Positions 37,958 through 56,060 of a DNA stretch of 64,000 nucleotides are shown here, piece after piece. Positions within the stretch are counted from its first letter, which is position 1. The number at the start of each line of letters is the position of its first letter. The notes beneath the pieces were generated by a model, which worked only from the letters and a program-made list of their open reading frames with translations, had not been told where the DNA came from and ran no database searches. The position numbers and the translations under genes were made by a program. This DNA is from Auanema rhodensis (taxonomy: Eukaryota; Animalia; Nematoda): NCBI GenBank assembly GCA_964057225.1, contig OZ059895.1, positions 13,764,001-13,828,000 of the forward strand. The letters run 5' to 3'.

Positions 37958-40406
37958 CTATTGACATTATTAATTCTAGTAACTTTTGTTTGAGTGGTCC
38001 GTATCCTTTTAAGTACGTTGAAATATAGTTAATATTTTGAGTAAACACTTGTAATATCAATATGACAATCATAACATAAGTCTTTATTCACCATTCACAT
38101 TTTTTTTAATTTTGAATGTTTTATATAATTTATATACAGTTTTAATGAAGTTTTAGTTTATAAAAAGCTTAATTGAATTAAGAAAAAAAAATATTTTTTC
38201 GATCGTATTGTGGTCAATGAAATCATCTTCGTGCAAAGTTCGTTTTACTTTTTCCTTTTTTTTTCAGCTGATTGTCTTTTCCTTGCTTAAAGCTATCTCA
38301 CTCTGCTTATTGAGACGAAAAATGAGGGTCCGGATGTGTCTTATTGAATCAACGACCAACCATGCAGACTCCTTTTAAATCGGTTTCTTTTATCGTTGCC
38401 GAAAGAATTTAGTTGGGTATCCAAATATAATAGCTTAAACAGGCGAAGTAAAAGCATTGTCTTAACTGGTTTGAAGAATAGCCCTTATTACAATGTTTTT
38501 TTATTTATGGTTCCTTGAGGGATTGTTCACTTTGATACATTATTCTTCCTTAGTTTCTTGTCTTCTTTAGTCTTTATGTGAAAAATCGTTCTTTAATGAA
38601 GAATCATTTTATGTTCAATAACGTTGTATATTAATTCTAAAAGAGATGTATGTTTCACAACTTCTTCTAATGGTGTCTGAAAATCAACGTCTTCTTTCTT
38701 TTCTTCTTATAAAACAAAAAATGTTTGAGACATTCTATTCTCATAGAATTGTATATTACATTCTGAATGTCTATTCCTTTGCAGCTGCTTCTCCAATTAT
38801 GCATTTTTTCCTCAAAGCATGGCTTTCTTTCAAATTTTTTTGTTTGATGAGCTTGACCAGTCCGATCAAAGGGTCGGTTCCAAGAATGCACTTTCGTCAT
38901 TCAATTTTTTTATTGAAGTGCACCAAATTCTTACTGCTCCACTGAAATTTTGCTAAAAATTATTTGTTTAAGATTGCTTTTCTTATTTTCTCAGGGAAAT
39001 GATTCAAGTCCACGTATCTGGACTATGAGTATTATGTTTCCTTATGCTGGTGAGGTCAGCCGAAGAAATATAGAATAAAGCTATGATTTTTTTTTCACAA
39101 TTTTAATAAAAATAGTAAACCTTTTTAATTTAATAAGAAAAACTTGCAGAGTTTTTAATGTTTGTTTATCTTGTCAACAGCTTTTCGATTAAATTGGCGA
39201 TTGAGCATCACAGCTTGAATCCATCCAATTTGACCCTTGGTCTCAACGCATTGGCAATCAGCGAGTGACAAATTTGTTTTATGTACATTTTAAGATTTTT
39301 TGAAGTAAATGCGAAGACTAAATACTTATAGTTGTACTATATTCATTCAAACTTTAACAAGTCTTTGTAATCTTCTATTTCAATTATTATTTTAAAACTT
39401 TAAGTTTACTTCTCTTTCTCCCTCTTTTCATTCAAATTTACATTAATTAAACTCAAACTTGATTGAAAATACTAATTTCAGAATATAATTTTATCATTAA
39501 GATTTGAATTTTTAAAATAGAATATTCTTATATTCTTAATTAAAATTAATCTATTTGACCAAAAATATAATAAACTTCCTCATTAATGTATATATCTTCT
39601 TAGTACTTTTAAGGATGCACTTCTTTCTATCTCTTCATTCAGTATCTTTTTTTCCTTTACATATACTTCTTAAAATCAGTGGTTTTCTTATATGACTTTT
39701 GGTATTCGTTAAAATCCCCAGAGAATAAAGTGAGACATCTATTTCTTTGCTCACCATTTTTCCACCCTTGCCACTTTTCTGAAAAGTACGTTATCTTGGA
39801 ATATATTTTCTGTTTTTCCATATTATTATTTGTTTTTTCAGGCTTAATATAGAATAGTATAGTAAACTATAATCAAAGATTTGTATAACTCAATTCAAAG
39901 TCTTTAAGTTTAAAGTTTAAAACTTTGTAAGTTTAAGATCAAAAAGGTCAAATAATGATTTCAGATAATACTATACTATATAATTCTTTTTCTTTATTTA
40001 CATTTAATTGTATATATCTACAAGTTCAAAGAGAATATTAGATTTAGTCACTGATCTAGCATTCAAAGAAACTTTAATCGAAAGAGCATTCTGACGTCAA
40101 GCCCTTATTCCGGATTTTTGTGTCATCCGTTCTCTTCAAACGAAGAGGCTATTTTTTTCTTTTTCTCTTTAAATTATAAAAAAACTTTGTAAAACTTTGA
40201 GAAAACGCGATCATGCTAGAACCACATTAAGTTCTTCTCGCATTTTATGATCCTATAACATTTTTTCTTTGTTTCTCTTTAATTACTTTCTCAGTATTCT
40301 TTGGTTGGCATGTTTCCTTACTTAATTACTCTTGAAGTTCATTTAGTTTGACGCTAAATTCAAGGAATATGTCATTAATTCTTTACTGACCATTCAGTTT
40401 TCAAAT

Positions 40407-45402
<4,996 letters not shown>

Positions 45403-45734
45403 AAGAATATTGGAAAAAAATCATTCAAACGATGATATCGAACATTTTCCCTCTCTATGCTTTAAAGAGTTGTTCTCTTTATTTTTGTACAGGTCTCTAT
45501 TAATTTGGTCCGAGAGCGTTTTTGTTTTCCGAAAAATATTCTGCAAGATTTTCCTGACCATTTGTAACTACTGTTTTTGTTTTGTTTATTATGGTGTTGA
45601 CTTTCTTTCATCAAAACTGATGACTAGTGCTTTTTGAGATTCCTTTCAATGATAACTCTTTCACAATTAATATGTAATCATTTATAAATCTTTTAACAAA
45701 AATAACAATCAAACAAAGTATAACAAACAAATTA

Positions 45735-47391
45735 TTATTCTTGTACCACAACGACTTTAGCTCTTTTCTTTTCGCGAACAGGGCGATGTTTCACATTATT
45801 GTTCGTCCAAGGACCTGTCGACTCATTAGAGTAGTAATCCATTGGATAGTAATCTTCCGGAATAGAAATCTAAAAATCAGACAAAATATTTTATATTCTT
45901 CAGTATATCAATGCCTCATCCAATGCTACAGCTAATTCATATGGTGAGAGTAGAGGTTTTCCAAATTGTGATCCCCAATCAATTGATAAACGAGGACAGG
46001 CGACTTGCACCCAACTGAATAATTTGCTGAAGCTCATAAGTGATATTGATAACTACCAATCTATTTCCTCAAAAAGGGCGAGCTTGTCAGGGAATATTTC
46101 AGATAATAACACACGGACGAATTCCTTGTTTTTAGCAGCTAATTTTAACTCTAATTCCTATAACAACAAATGTTTTATAGGAAATAAAGTTAGGCATGAA
46201 CCTCTACAATCTTAATATTTCCTTGGCGACCCAATGTTCCCTGGATTAGACCAAATGTTTTGCAACTCTTTGCAACTTTAACGGCGCCTATAGAAGTAAC
46301 TAACATGAATGTAGATATATATAAACACTACCCATCCTTGTTTGACGCATTTTAAGGAAATCATAATGTTCCTCTGTTAATTTTCGGGAATATGGGTCAT
46401 ACTGATAAGCTGGGATTGATGGATTATGAATCATCGCTGACTCTAAATGAAAACGTCCATCGCCAACATAACTGAAACCTATTTTATTAAATTGATCGCA
46501 AGTTTCAATATCATAATCTAAATCGATAAGCTTTATAAATATATTTCTACTCGTTTCTTTGTTCAATATATGTATTATATTTTAAGAAAAACTAACATTA
46601 ATGCTTGAACATCTGCAGCAAGACGAGCTGATGTGCATCCTAGAACTTCTCCTGGACTTAAAGGTTTGCACTGAGGTAACTCCATTAGAAAGCCTGATTC
46701 AATTAATGACTTTCTTATAGTCTACGAAATGTTTCATTAAAATCAAAATAATAAAATAATATTGTCTACCTGTAATGAAGGAATAAACTGAATAGTACTG
46801 ACCAGTGCTATTTTAGTTCCTTTTTTAAAGTTTGATATAAGACATTGTTGTAAATGGGATAGATTAATATCAATATTAACAAAAACATAAAGCATATTAA
46901 TTCCTTCGGTATTTTGTATAGGGACTAAGCAACTATGACCATAGTGAACTAGTAAATCACATCCTATAAACAATTTGATAATATCATTATACTTATGAAT
47001 TTCAACCCATTGACTTCGCAGTATAATCGTCAACACAGCAAGCGCCATATGTGACATCACCCATAATCACAGTATCACATCCTGTATGCTTTTCCAGAAT
47101 GTCAGAAATCAGACATGAATACATTATAAGACCTTCGGGAAATTGCAAAGCTACTGGAATTCAAGTGATTAAATAGCATGACTTAGTCTAGTACGTATAA
47201 CACACCATACTTAGCGCCTGTTGATCGAATCTTCCAAATAGTCTTTGGTAATTCAAACGTATAGTTTTTTGGTAACTGTAAAAAATACATATTAGTATAT
47301 ATTTGGTTTTCAAAACTACGATTTTTGAATCTTTCAATAGGATGGGGTCAGCAGCAATTGCTTCAAGTTGTGCAGCAATCTGTGAAGACAT
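45735..47391 (-). CDS. dph-1: Diphthamide biosynthesis protein 1 (DPH1)
   Basis: [113 protein letters not shown]. Confidence 0.95.
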
Positions 47392-47949
47392 TCCTAATTT
47401 ACTAATCAATACAAATAATCCTGAAAGAGGTAAATTTGTTTACTTATCAACTTTGGGAATAGATTCAGATAAATATATGAAAACAAAAATTAACAATAGT
47501 ATTTGTACTAAACGTTGTTATGATCATTTAAACCTTAGATTTTAAATCAGACAAATAACATAAATTCAAAATCAAATATATTTTTATTGAGCTTATCTTT
47601 TGAATTTGTTGAACACAACTAATCCTTATGTTGGAGATAACCACTTTTTTAAGCTTCAATTATTAAAAGTTTTATTAAAATTTTTATAAAAAAAAAACAT
47701 TTGTTCTTACTGTAATATATTTCACCGATGACTACGTACGCATTCAAATCATAGTTACGATCATGTGTTGATTACTTTATTTATGCGAATAAGTAGAAGT
47801 TTTGTAGGGAACGTTATATCTGAATTATTTCAATTAAAAACATATATAACGTAATAGTATGAATATATAAATTCGTCTCACACATAGGAATTATCGAATA
47901 ATTTGTTTTAAATAAGACTTGTTTAGCTTCTGGATTGGTTAAAACCATT

Positions 47950-49674
47950 ATGCTGCACTCTTCTGGGCCATTGCTCAATTTATTGAACAATCGGCAGGTT
48001 GTTTAATTAATAATCTTGACCTTATTCTTGAATTTCATTATTTCAGTTAGGGATTACAAATAATTTGAAAAACTCTGTATATAATCGTTTGCATTTATCA
48101 CAAGTAGACTTTTATGATACTTCTTCGCAAATGTATTGTGTTTTTGGCGTTTTTTTCATTAAGCTAATATATATTTCTTTAAGATCTGATTTACCGTCTA
48201 TTAGAATACTAGGAGTTTCGCCACAAGAAGGCTGGATTGTAGCATATGGTATTGGTGAAGAGGAATACATTTTCATATCTAAAATTTTAAATGATACTAT
48301 TGAAGGAGTACTATAACTGTTTGTCTTTGCTAATGTTTCACACCAAATATTATAGAAATTCTTGTTCACATATAAAAGGGATACAACAAATAATGTTACC
48401 CGCACTTATTTTTCTCCCAATGAATCTCTCTTAATAGCTAATATAGCCATTGTAAAGTAAGTTATATCTACTAGGTGCATGTACACAATTATGTATTTAG
48501 AAAAGCTTTTTCAATGTCGGCTCCTGATCTTTCATATTCTGGCGAAGTTATTGTAGATGCTGGAATACCTTATGTAAATCTTCATTTTCGCTTAGAAGCT
48601 GCTATCATCATAGCATTTCGAGCTCAAAAAAACCGACGCTTAGAAAAGTAAATTCCCATTTTCAATTAATATTTTTTTCTATTTATTCCCATTTGTTTAG
48701 GTCGTATCTGACTGTGTATAGAAATGGATTCATCCTCAATACGGGTATTAATCTTATAAATATTTCTTTTATTCATCCAAGTGAAAAATCTGAAATTCCT
48801 GTATGTTTCTACCGAACTTAACAGCCACAATATTCGTGTAGACTGTACCAGTAGTGGAAAACGGTGACAGTTCAAAGACAGGATTAGGAGTTGACATTGG
48901 AGCGTTGAAAATCATGCCGAATTCTGGATGTTATGCATTTACAAATAAGACTAACAGTAAGAAAGCTTAATAATTTTTTATATTAGTTTTTCAATTAGGA
49001 AAGTCTGTATTAAATGTTCGGTATACTGTTGTAAATATTGAAAAAGCTGTTTTCCGTTACGTTTCTGATTTTTTCAAGAAAATTAGGTCGCCTGTTTTCA
49101 AAGGAGTCATAGATTATGAGGTGCGAGTGCTTCTTAATTAACTTACTCATATTTTTGCATTCAATACTCCAGAGTGATGTGCTAAAAGTAGACGGAGATG
49201 AAGCTCATCTATCTATAATAGCCTGCTGTGACTTCGTTGGTAAAAACGAATCTGAAGAAGGTCTACAAGGAACTATTTTAGAGTTTTTATTATTTGACAT
49301 CCGGTTATTATGGTATGTTAATATATATGTGTATGTATATATATTATTCAATACAGGAATTTTGCACGACATAAGATCACTCGACATGTAGTAACCTTCC
49401 TACGGAAAGTTCCCGCTCAGAATGCTTATCGTAATACATGGTATCCTCTGAAAGAATTTCCCTGTGATAAAACAATGAATAATTTTTATATAAAAAATGA
49501 TGGTGACATGCTACACTTTAATTTTGTTACATATTTGAATTTTTAGACCCAACGGAAGACTTTCAATCGATCTCATCACTTACTGGAGGTTTTCGGATTA
49601 ATTATGATCAGCACCATTTACCTATTGAACGCGAAGCCCGAAAATGGAAACGACAGCAAGAATCAAATATTTAA
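47950..49674 (+). CDS. Multi-exon protein, tentatively a divergent DCAF15-like CRL4 substrate receptor
   Basis: About 10 exons splice in phase (MLHSSGPLLNLLNNRQ...ESNI*). Several short motifs resemble DCAF15 in the same order (see findings). The coding status is well supported; the family call is weak. Confidence 0.5.
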
Positions 49675-49828
49675 TATTTTTTTTGTGTTGTTATACTTTT
49701 TAAGTGAAAAACTTTTATTTGTGTGTCATCTTCACTATTACATGTTTTATGCATTTTTATACTTCAACCACAAGGGAACCATGTAGTACATTTTCTTTTA
49801 GGAATCGTATGCATTACTTTTAAAAGCG

Positions 49829-52098
49829 ATGGATGATCATGATGACGCTGTTCAAAGCGGAGACGGTTTATCGGTAGCGAATAGCTGTAAGTTTCTCTTT
49901 TTCGTGAAGGTGTTAAGTATGTATTTTAAGTTTATGAAAGATGCCGAAATTCAAAAAGATTCATCACTTTTGCTATCTTATTTTGTGTTAATCTTCTGAA
50001 TTATATGGATAGATTTACCATAGCTGGTGTACTGGCACATTTAAAAATTTATTTTAACATGAATGATCAACAAGCCGGTGTTTTACAAGTAAGATTTGTA
50101 GCAAAAATTGACCTATTATCATTATTCAGACTGTATTTATTACATTTTATATGATTTGTGCTCCTCTGTGTGGATATTTGGGAGATCGTTCAAACAGACT
50201 AAGAATTTTATTTACTGGATATATAATTTGGATTTGTGCTGTTTTACTTTCTACTTTTGTTGGGCCTGATGTAAGTTTTAATTTCATTTTGAAATGTATG
50301 CTTTCTTTTATATCAGAATCTTTTGCTCTTCATGTTCCTTCGAGGCGTGGTTGGTGTTGGAGAATCATCATACTCCACCGTCGCTCCTTCTATAATTGCT
50401 GATATGTTCACTGGACGAGCTCGTAGTGTTTCATTAATGATATTCTATTTCGCTGTGCCCGTCGGAAGGTTAGCATTTTATTTATTTTTTTCCTACTACT
50501 GAAATCTTGATATATTCATAAACATTTGTTTTCAGTGGTTTGGGCTACATTGGTGGTTCTACAGTGTCGTTTTTGTTTGGATCTTGGCAGTTTGGTGTGA
50601 GGTAAATATTCATATGTTGATACCAGAAAAACGGTAATCCTTCTCAGATTCACTGCTTGTATTGCTATTCTTCTGGTAATTCCTTTAATGTATTTCGTGG
50701 AAATACCTGAACGTGGAGCTGCTGAACATGCTGATCAATTAGATGTTCACGATGGAGGCTTGATTTCAGATTTAAAGTATCTAATGACAATGTACAATTT
50801 ATTAATTTCATTTTCAATATTAATTTCTCTTCTTATTTTAAGAAAAACTTACATCTTTTCTACTGTTGGATTTACCTGTGTCATATTTGCTGTTGGAGCA
50901 TTGAGTTGGTGGACACCCACATTGATGGGATATGCATACGGTCGTACAGGAGCCATGAGTCCTGGGGATTTCGCACAGTTAGTATTATATTAGATTGCAA
51001 ATAATACTGTTTTTTCTTCTAGAATTTCTTTGATATTTGGTGGTATAACTTGTGCAGCAGGAATTTTTGGAGTATTAATAGGCTCGTCTTGGGCTCAAGT
51101 TTCTGATATAGCATTAATACTAAACAAAAATTTACGAATTTTAGGCATGGAGCGAAGGAAAATGGGGATTAAAGAAAAGAGAAAATGCGGATGCTTATGT
51201 GTGTGCTATCGGTTCTTTCGCAGCAGTGCCGCTGCTTTTCTTTTGTCTTGTATTTGCAAAATACAGTATATTAACTTCTTGGGTATGATATCCTTTTTTA
51301 ATGTGTGCCATAGATTACCTTTAGGTGTTAATGTTCTTTTCTGTTACTTGCATGTGTTTGAATTGGTCTGTAAATATGGATATGTTAATGGTATAACTCA
51401 ATTTTATCAATTTATAGTATATTTTATATTTTAGTATGTAACTGTAGCTAATCGTAGAGCAACTGCTACTGCCATTCAAACATTATTTTCTCATCTATTT
51501 GGAGATGCATCTTCACCATACATTGTAGGATTATTATCGGATTCGATTAAAGGTACTGGAATTTACGATATCCATTCATTTTGTGATATTTTTAAGGAGA
51601 ACGAACTGATTTGGACATGCAATTTTTTGCGCTACAATCAGCTCTATTTGTTCCTATTTTTTTATTAGTTGGTAGTGCTGGATTCTATTTGTTTGCTGCT
51701 CTCCATGTTTCGAATGACCACCGTGAAGCTAAATACATTATGACTGGTAATGGTGAATTCATCGATGTTAAAATACTTTTGATATACAGGAGTCTGGGGC
51801 GAACAAGAAGATGATATGGAAACTTTAGTGAGTAGAAGCGATCACGAAGCCGATGACGACACCTGACGGTACGCAGAGGAGGATCAAAATCAAGAAGTGT
51901 GTCTCTGTTATCCATTTTTCATATATTTTCATATTTCAGATAAATGACTCATATCCTAGCTCTGGACTTTCTATGTTGCCGCCCGTTATTCACTTTGATT
52001 CGTCCCAATTCCCTCTTAGTCCATCAGCAACTCATGATTTACTTAATATAGATAGTTCAGACTTGCCTGATGCAGATTCAGATACTTCATCCAATTAG
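49829..52098 (+). CDS. Spinster-family MFS transporter, with two possible C-termini (stop at 51866 or at 52098)
   Basis: VNLLNYMDRFTIAGVL, GYLGDRSNR, RGVVGVGESSYSTVAPSIIADMF, FYFAVPVGSGLGYIGG, SHLFGDASSPYIVGLLSD are all spinster signatures. Confidence 0.93.
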
Positions 52099-52600
52099 CA
52101 TTCTATCACGTACATGTTTATATTTTCATCTCGGGTATGAGAGTTTTTTTGTGCCTAAGGCTTAAAAACGGGGGGCTATTGACATAGCTGGGGATAGTAA
52201 CACCATGTTTATTATGAGGAATATCTTCGATCCTTCTCTTTTTCAGATCAACGTTTTGTACGTTTTATACTTAACTCTTAGGTTATACTCGTCTCTACCA
52301 AAATTTTGTATCATTTTGGTTGATCCGTGTGATATATTTTTCTTATTGTTATATAAAAATGTAAATATGTGTTAGTCCAATTATCTTTACATTATTTACT
52401 GGTTGAACCAGTGTGTGCATACGTTATTGGGCTCACCTTTTTGCTTTGCAAGCAGGTGCTTACCAATTATGGATTTGACTATTGTCAGCTCCTTACAGTT
52501 CTTTGTTTCCATTCTTTTCATTCACTAATTGTTATTGCAGTCAGAGCTTAGCTACAGCTTGAAGTTTCTCTATTTTCCACCAGTATTCCGCTTATCATCA

Positions 52601-54782
52601 ATGTTTCGAAGAAAGCCTGGTTGTCTACCTATTTTTGAATTTATTTTTTACCTTTTTTTTAGAATATCCAAGTGATGAAATCACATTAGCTAATACTAAA
52701 TCATATCTTCATCGTTTAACTGTTCGAATTGATGAACTTATTTTTACCGATTATTCTCACTCAATTATAAATTTACTAAAAAGCGGAAATGTATTTGGGT
52801 GAATCTCGGAGTTATATTCGGTTTTGTGTATACTTCATCTCTTCAGATTTGTTTTGAGATACCGAATTCCAACACCAGCTAATTGCACTAATCATGTTCT
52901 ATCTAATGAAATTATTGTCAGAAGTATAAGTTATTCTCAAACAGAAATTAAGTTTAAACACAAAAAAGTGTGGAAAATTATTAGTTGTTTCCTGAAGAAT
53001 TGGTTTTTTACAGGTTTTCTCAATTGATTTTAACAACGATTTTATAAATTTATGGGAGCAAACCCCAGTACAAATTACGCTTACTGCTGAGGTTTCGCGT
53101 AGTACAGACAAGCAAGATGTATATTTTTGTCATGTTTTTCATACCATTGTTTTTAATCTTAGGCGAAAATTCAGTTGATTAGCCGAACAACAACCTCTTT
53201 GAAGGATTTATTGGTCCCACCCTTTAAAATCGTTCGAGATCAAGGCTTAGTTTCTACGGATTTTGAAGCATTGCTCTCGGTTTTTTTTCATAAGCTTATT
53301 TTTCTAATTAAGGAATATTCTAGATTTGTTTCGAATTAGGATCACGAAATCCTGCATTAAATGAGAGATTAGAATCATTAAAAAAACTATCATTGGATTC
53401 CACTTTCAACCTCAAAGAAAAGTAATACAAATTACTAGGAACTAATTATTCTTTCATTTTTCAGGCCTGCAAGGCACACGCGATCCCGTAGTTCCTCTAG
53501 ATGTAAGTCGTGTAGTCCAAGACGAGATTCAAACAGTAATGTGCAAACCATATCTACTAAGCATATTCCACGAGAACGATTTGAGTTATCTCGTATGTTG
53601 CTGAATATATTTTTTTCTCATTCAAATTACATTTAGCAGTAATGAAATCCCTTGATATGCCCCCTCAACCCATAGGCTTCCTGAAAGAAAGGCAGACTGC
53701 ATCATCTACCTCAAGTGTGGGTTCAGATTCTGTTTTTGCATTAGACTCTGGACTAGAGTTTGAAGAATCAGGATCGTCAAGCACTCTTTTACTTCAACTT
53801 TCTTTGCATGAAGCCAATGATTTGCCTCTTGTTCGAGATGAAAGGTATATTAATTCAAAATTCCCATGAAAAGGATTAATTGTAGCGGCAATCTGACTCC
53901 ACCGAGAGCATTTATCAAAATTCTTTCAAGAAATGAACAAATACAATCACCTGTTGCTTTACCTAGTAGAAATCCAAAGTAAGCTGTGAGTAGTTATATA
54001 CAACATATATTGCATTTAAGATGGAATTGGTCCGGAAAATTTATATTCAGTGCAGAGAGAGGAAATTTACTGATAAAGCTTTTACATAGTAGAACGGATG
54101 GGCAGGTACAGTGGTAATTGCTGGAGTTAGTCTTATAATTCGCATATTAGGTTGATTCCATTGGAATGGTTAGTTTGAACCGTCCGTTTCATAACTTCCA
54201 ACGATCTACATTCGAAATAACTGTTCTCACGCCTAACTCCCACGGGACTGCTACTGTGACCGTCAGTTCTAATTCAAATGTTGCGAAAATTGGTTAAATA
54301 TTTGTAGCTGTCAATGAGTGTTCGTCCTTATCGGGAGCAAACGTTACAATACCCAAGAAATGTCAGATCGATAAGCAGATTTAGTTCCAGAAACTCTAAT
54401 GAAGCTGGCCAAAGCGAGCCCGATAATCAGTTTGAGGTTCTATTCTTTTTCTTTAAAATAATGATTGTTTATGTTGAAGGGGGAGATTATTCGTTGGACG
54501 GGCTCAAGTCGTAATCCTAGACTCATCCTAACAACTCGTCGTTCACGTAGTGATTCAGGAAGTCCTGATCCCCGTGAAGATACAAGCCATTTGTTAAAGT
54601 GAGAAATGAAATTCCTAAGGCGCTATTGATCTATTGATTTTTAGAGAAAACTTAAACCAACTAGATTATTTGATGCAACCAATACGTTACCGAAGGTGAA
54701 ACTAAAGAATTAAAGGACTGTACCTTCTTATCAACTAAATTTATAACGCAGAGCGCGTCCACGTATTCGCTCATCTATTTAA
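52601..54782 (+). CDS. sas-1: C2CD3/SAS-1-like centriolar C2-domain protein
   Basis: The first C2-like domain FVLRYRIP..EIIVRSISYSQTEIKFKHKKVFSIDFNNDFINLWEQTPVQITL resembles, from memory, C2CD3 [38 protein letters not shown]. A second C2 domain reads LLQLSLHEANDLPLV..SPVALPSRNPKWNW. TAA at 54780-54782. Confidence 0.65.
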
Positions 54783-56060
54783 TATGTATGTATGTATGTA
54801 TTTATTTTTAAAAAATATTGTTTCAACATAATAGAACGTGTATTATTTGATGCTCACTTTATATATACTAATTCAAAATTAAACCAATCTTGCACGAATA
54901 AAGATCTCTTCTTTCAAGCGCCTTGTTATTGATATGCCTATGTATGATCATAAAATCAATAACTAATAGTTCATTGAGCATTAAATCAAATTACTTATCT
55001 TTTTGCTCAAGAGAAGCCCTTTTTTCTATCAAGCATTACCCAATTTCACTTTATTCTTCTCGCAAATTATTAAGGAAACCTTTTCATAAGTTGAATCTTA
55101 ACGTTAACAAGTTGCCACAATCAGAAAAGCAGATATCAGCACTTGACCTTTCGTCAAGGGTTCACGTTGGCGGGCTATTCGCGCGAAGACTATCTGTCTC
55201 GTGTTCTCTTCTTTTACATGCTCTAGCGTAATAGTCTGGTCGTCTGACTCTCACCACATTCTGGTCCAAGGCAAAGCAAAGATAGACCACATCAGCCATC
55301 GTTCTGGCTTTCTTTTTCACTTTCTTGCATTTATTTTCATTTTATATGTTAAAAAAGTAAAATATAAATAAATAACTTCTTATTGTGTAATATCTAGATT
55401 TTATTGCGTAATAGGTATCTTGCTACAATGCAGCCGCATTTCAAAATCTTGAGCGGGTATTTCAAAATTTTCAATCAATTTTTTAGATCTATGTTTTCTA
55501 TTTATGCCTTTTTTTTATTTTGTGAGTGTATTTTTCGTTAAATATCGATTAGCTCTTAATTTATGATTATTTTATAAATAATAAATATATAAAACTGTAT
55601 AGTTTTGAGCAATTGGTTTTTATTTGATTTTTTCTGGAAGCGGAAGTTTAAAGAGAGCACATTGATAACTTTTCTTGCCCATCCTCTTATGTTCAATCAG
55701 ATTTATGAGAATGTATTCTTTTACATGTGTCTTATTAAAAATCTTTTTTATCATTTGTTCTCCCTGTTTTGTTTTTCACATTTTAGCATATCCTTTTTTT
55801 TGTTTTTTGGTTCTATATTTTTGTTTACATTAATATTTATAGGATAAGAAAATCGCATAGTTTCGTCAAGTTGCAATCGATTATTATTTTTCTATATTCT
55901 TGCTAAGTTTGGTTTTATTTGTTTGTTTGATACTCAAGTCGCCTGCACTCATTGGGACCTATAGCAAGGCGTAGGTGTATCTTTTTCGATAACATTTATT
56001 AAAAAAAACCAAAAAAAGTGGGTGTCCTTGTTCTCTATTTCTATTACCGATGTTTTCAGA

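Noticed and set aside
38300-40400. Short ORFs (38646-38945 +, 38667-38900 -) between the HSD-like and CH genes
   Set aside because: AT-rich, F/L/K-biased chance ORFs; more likely regulatory DNA.
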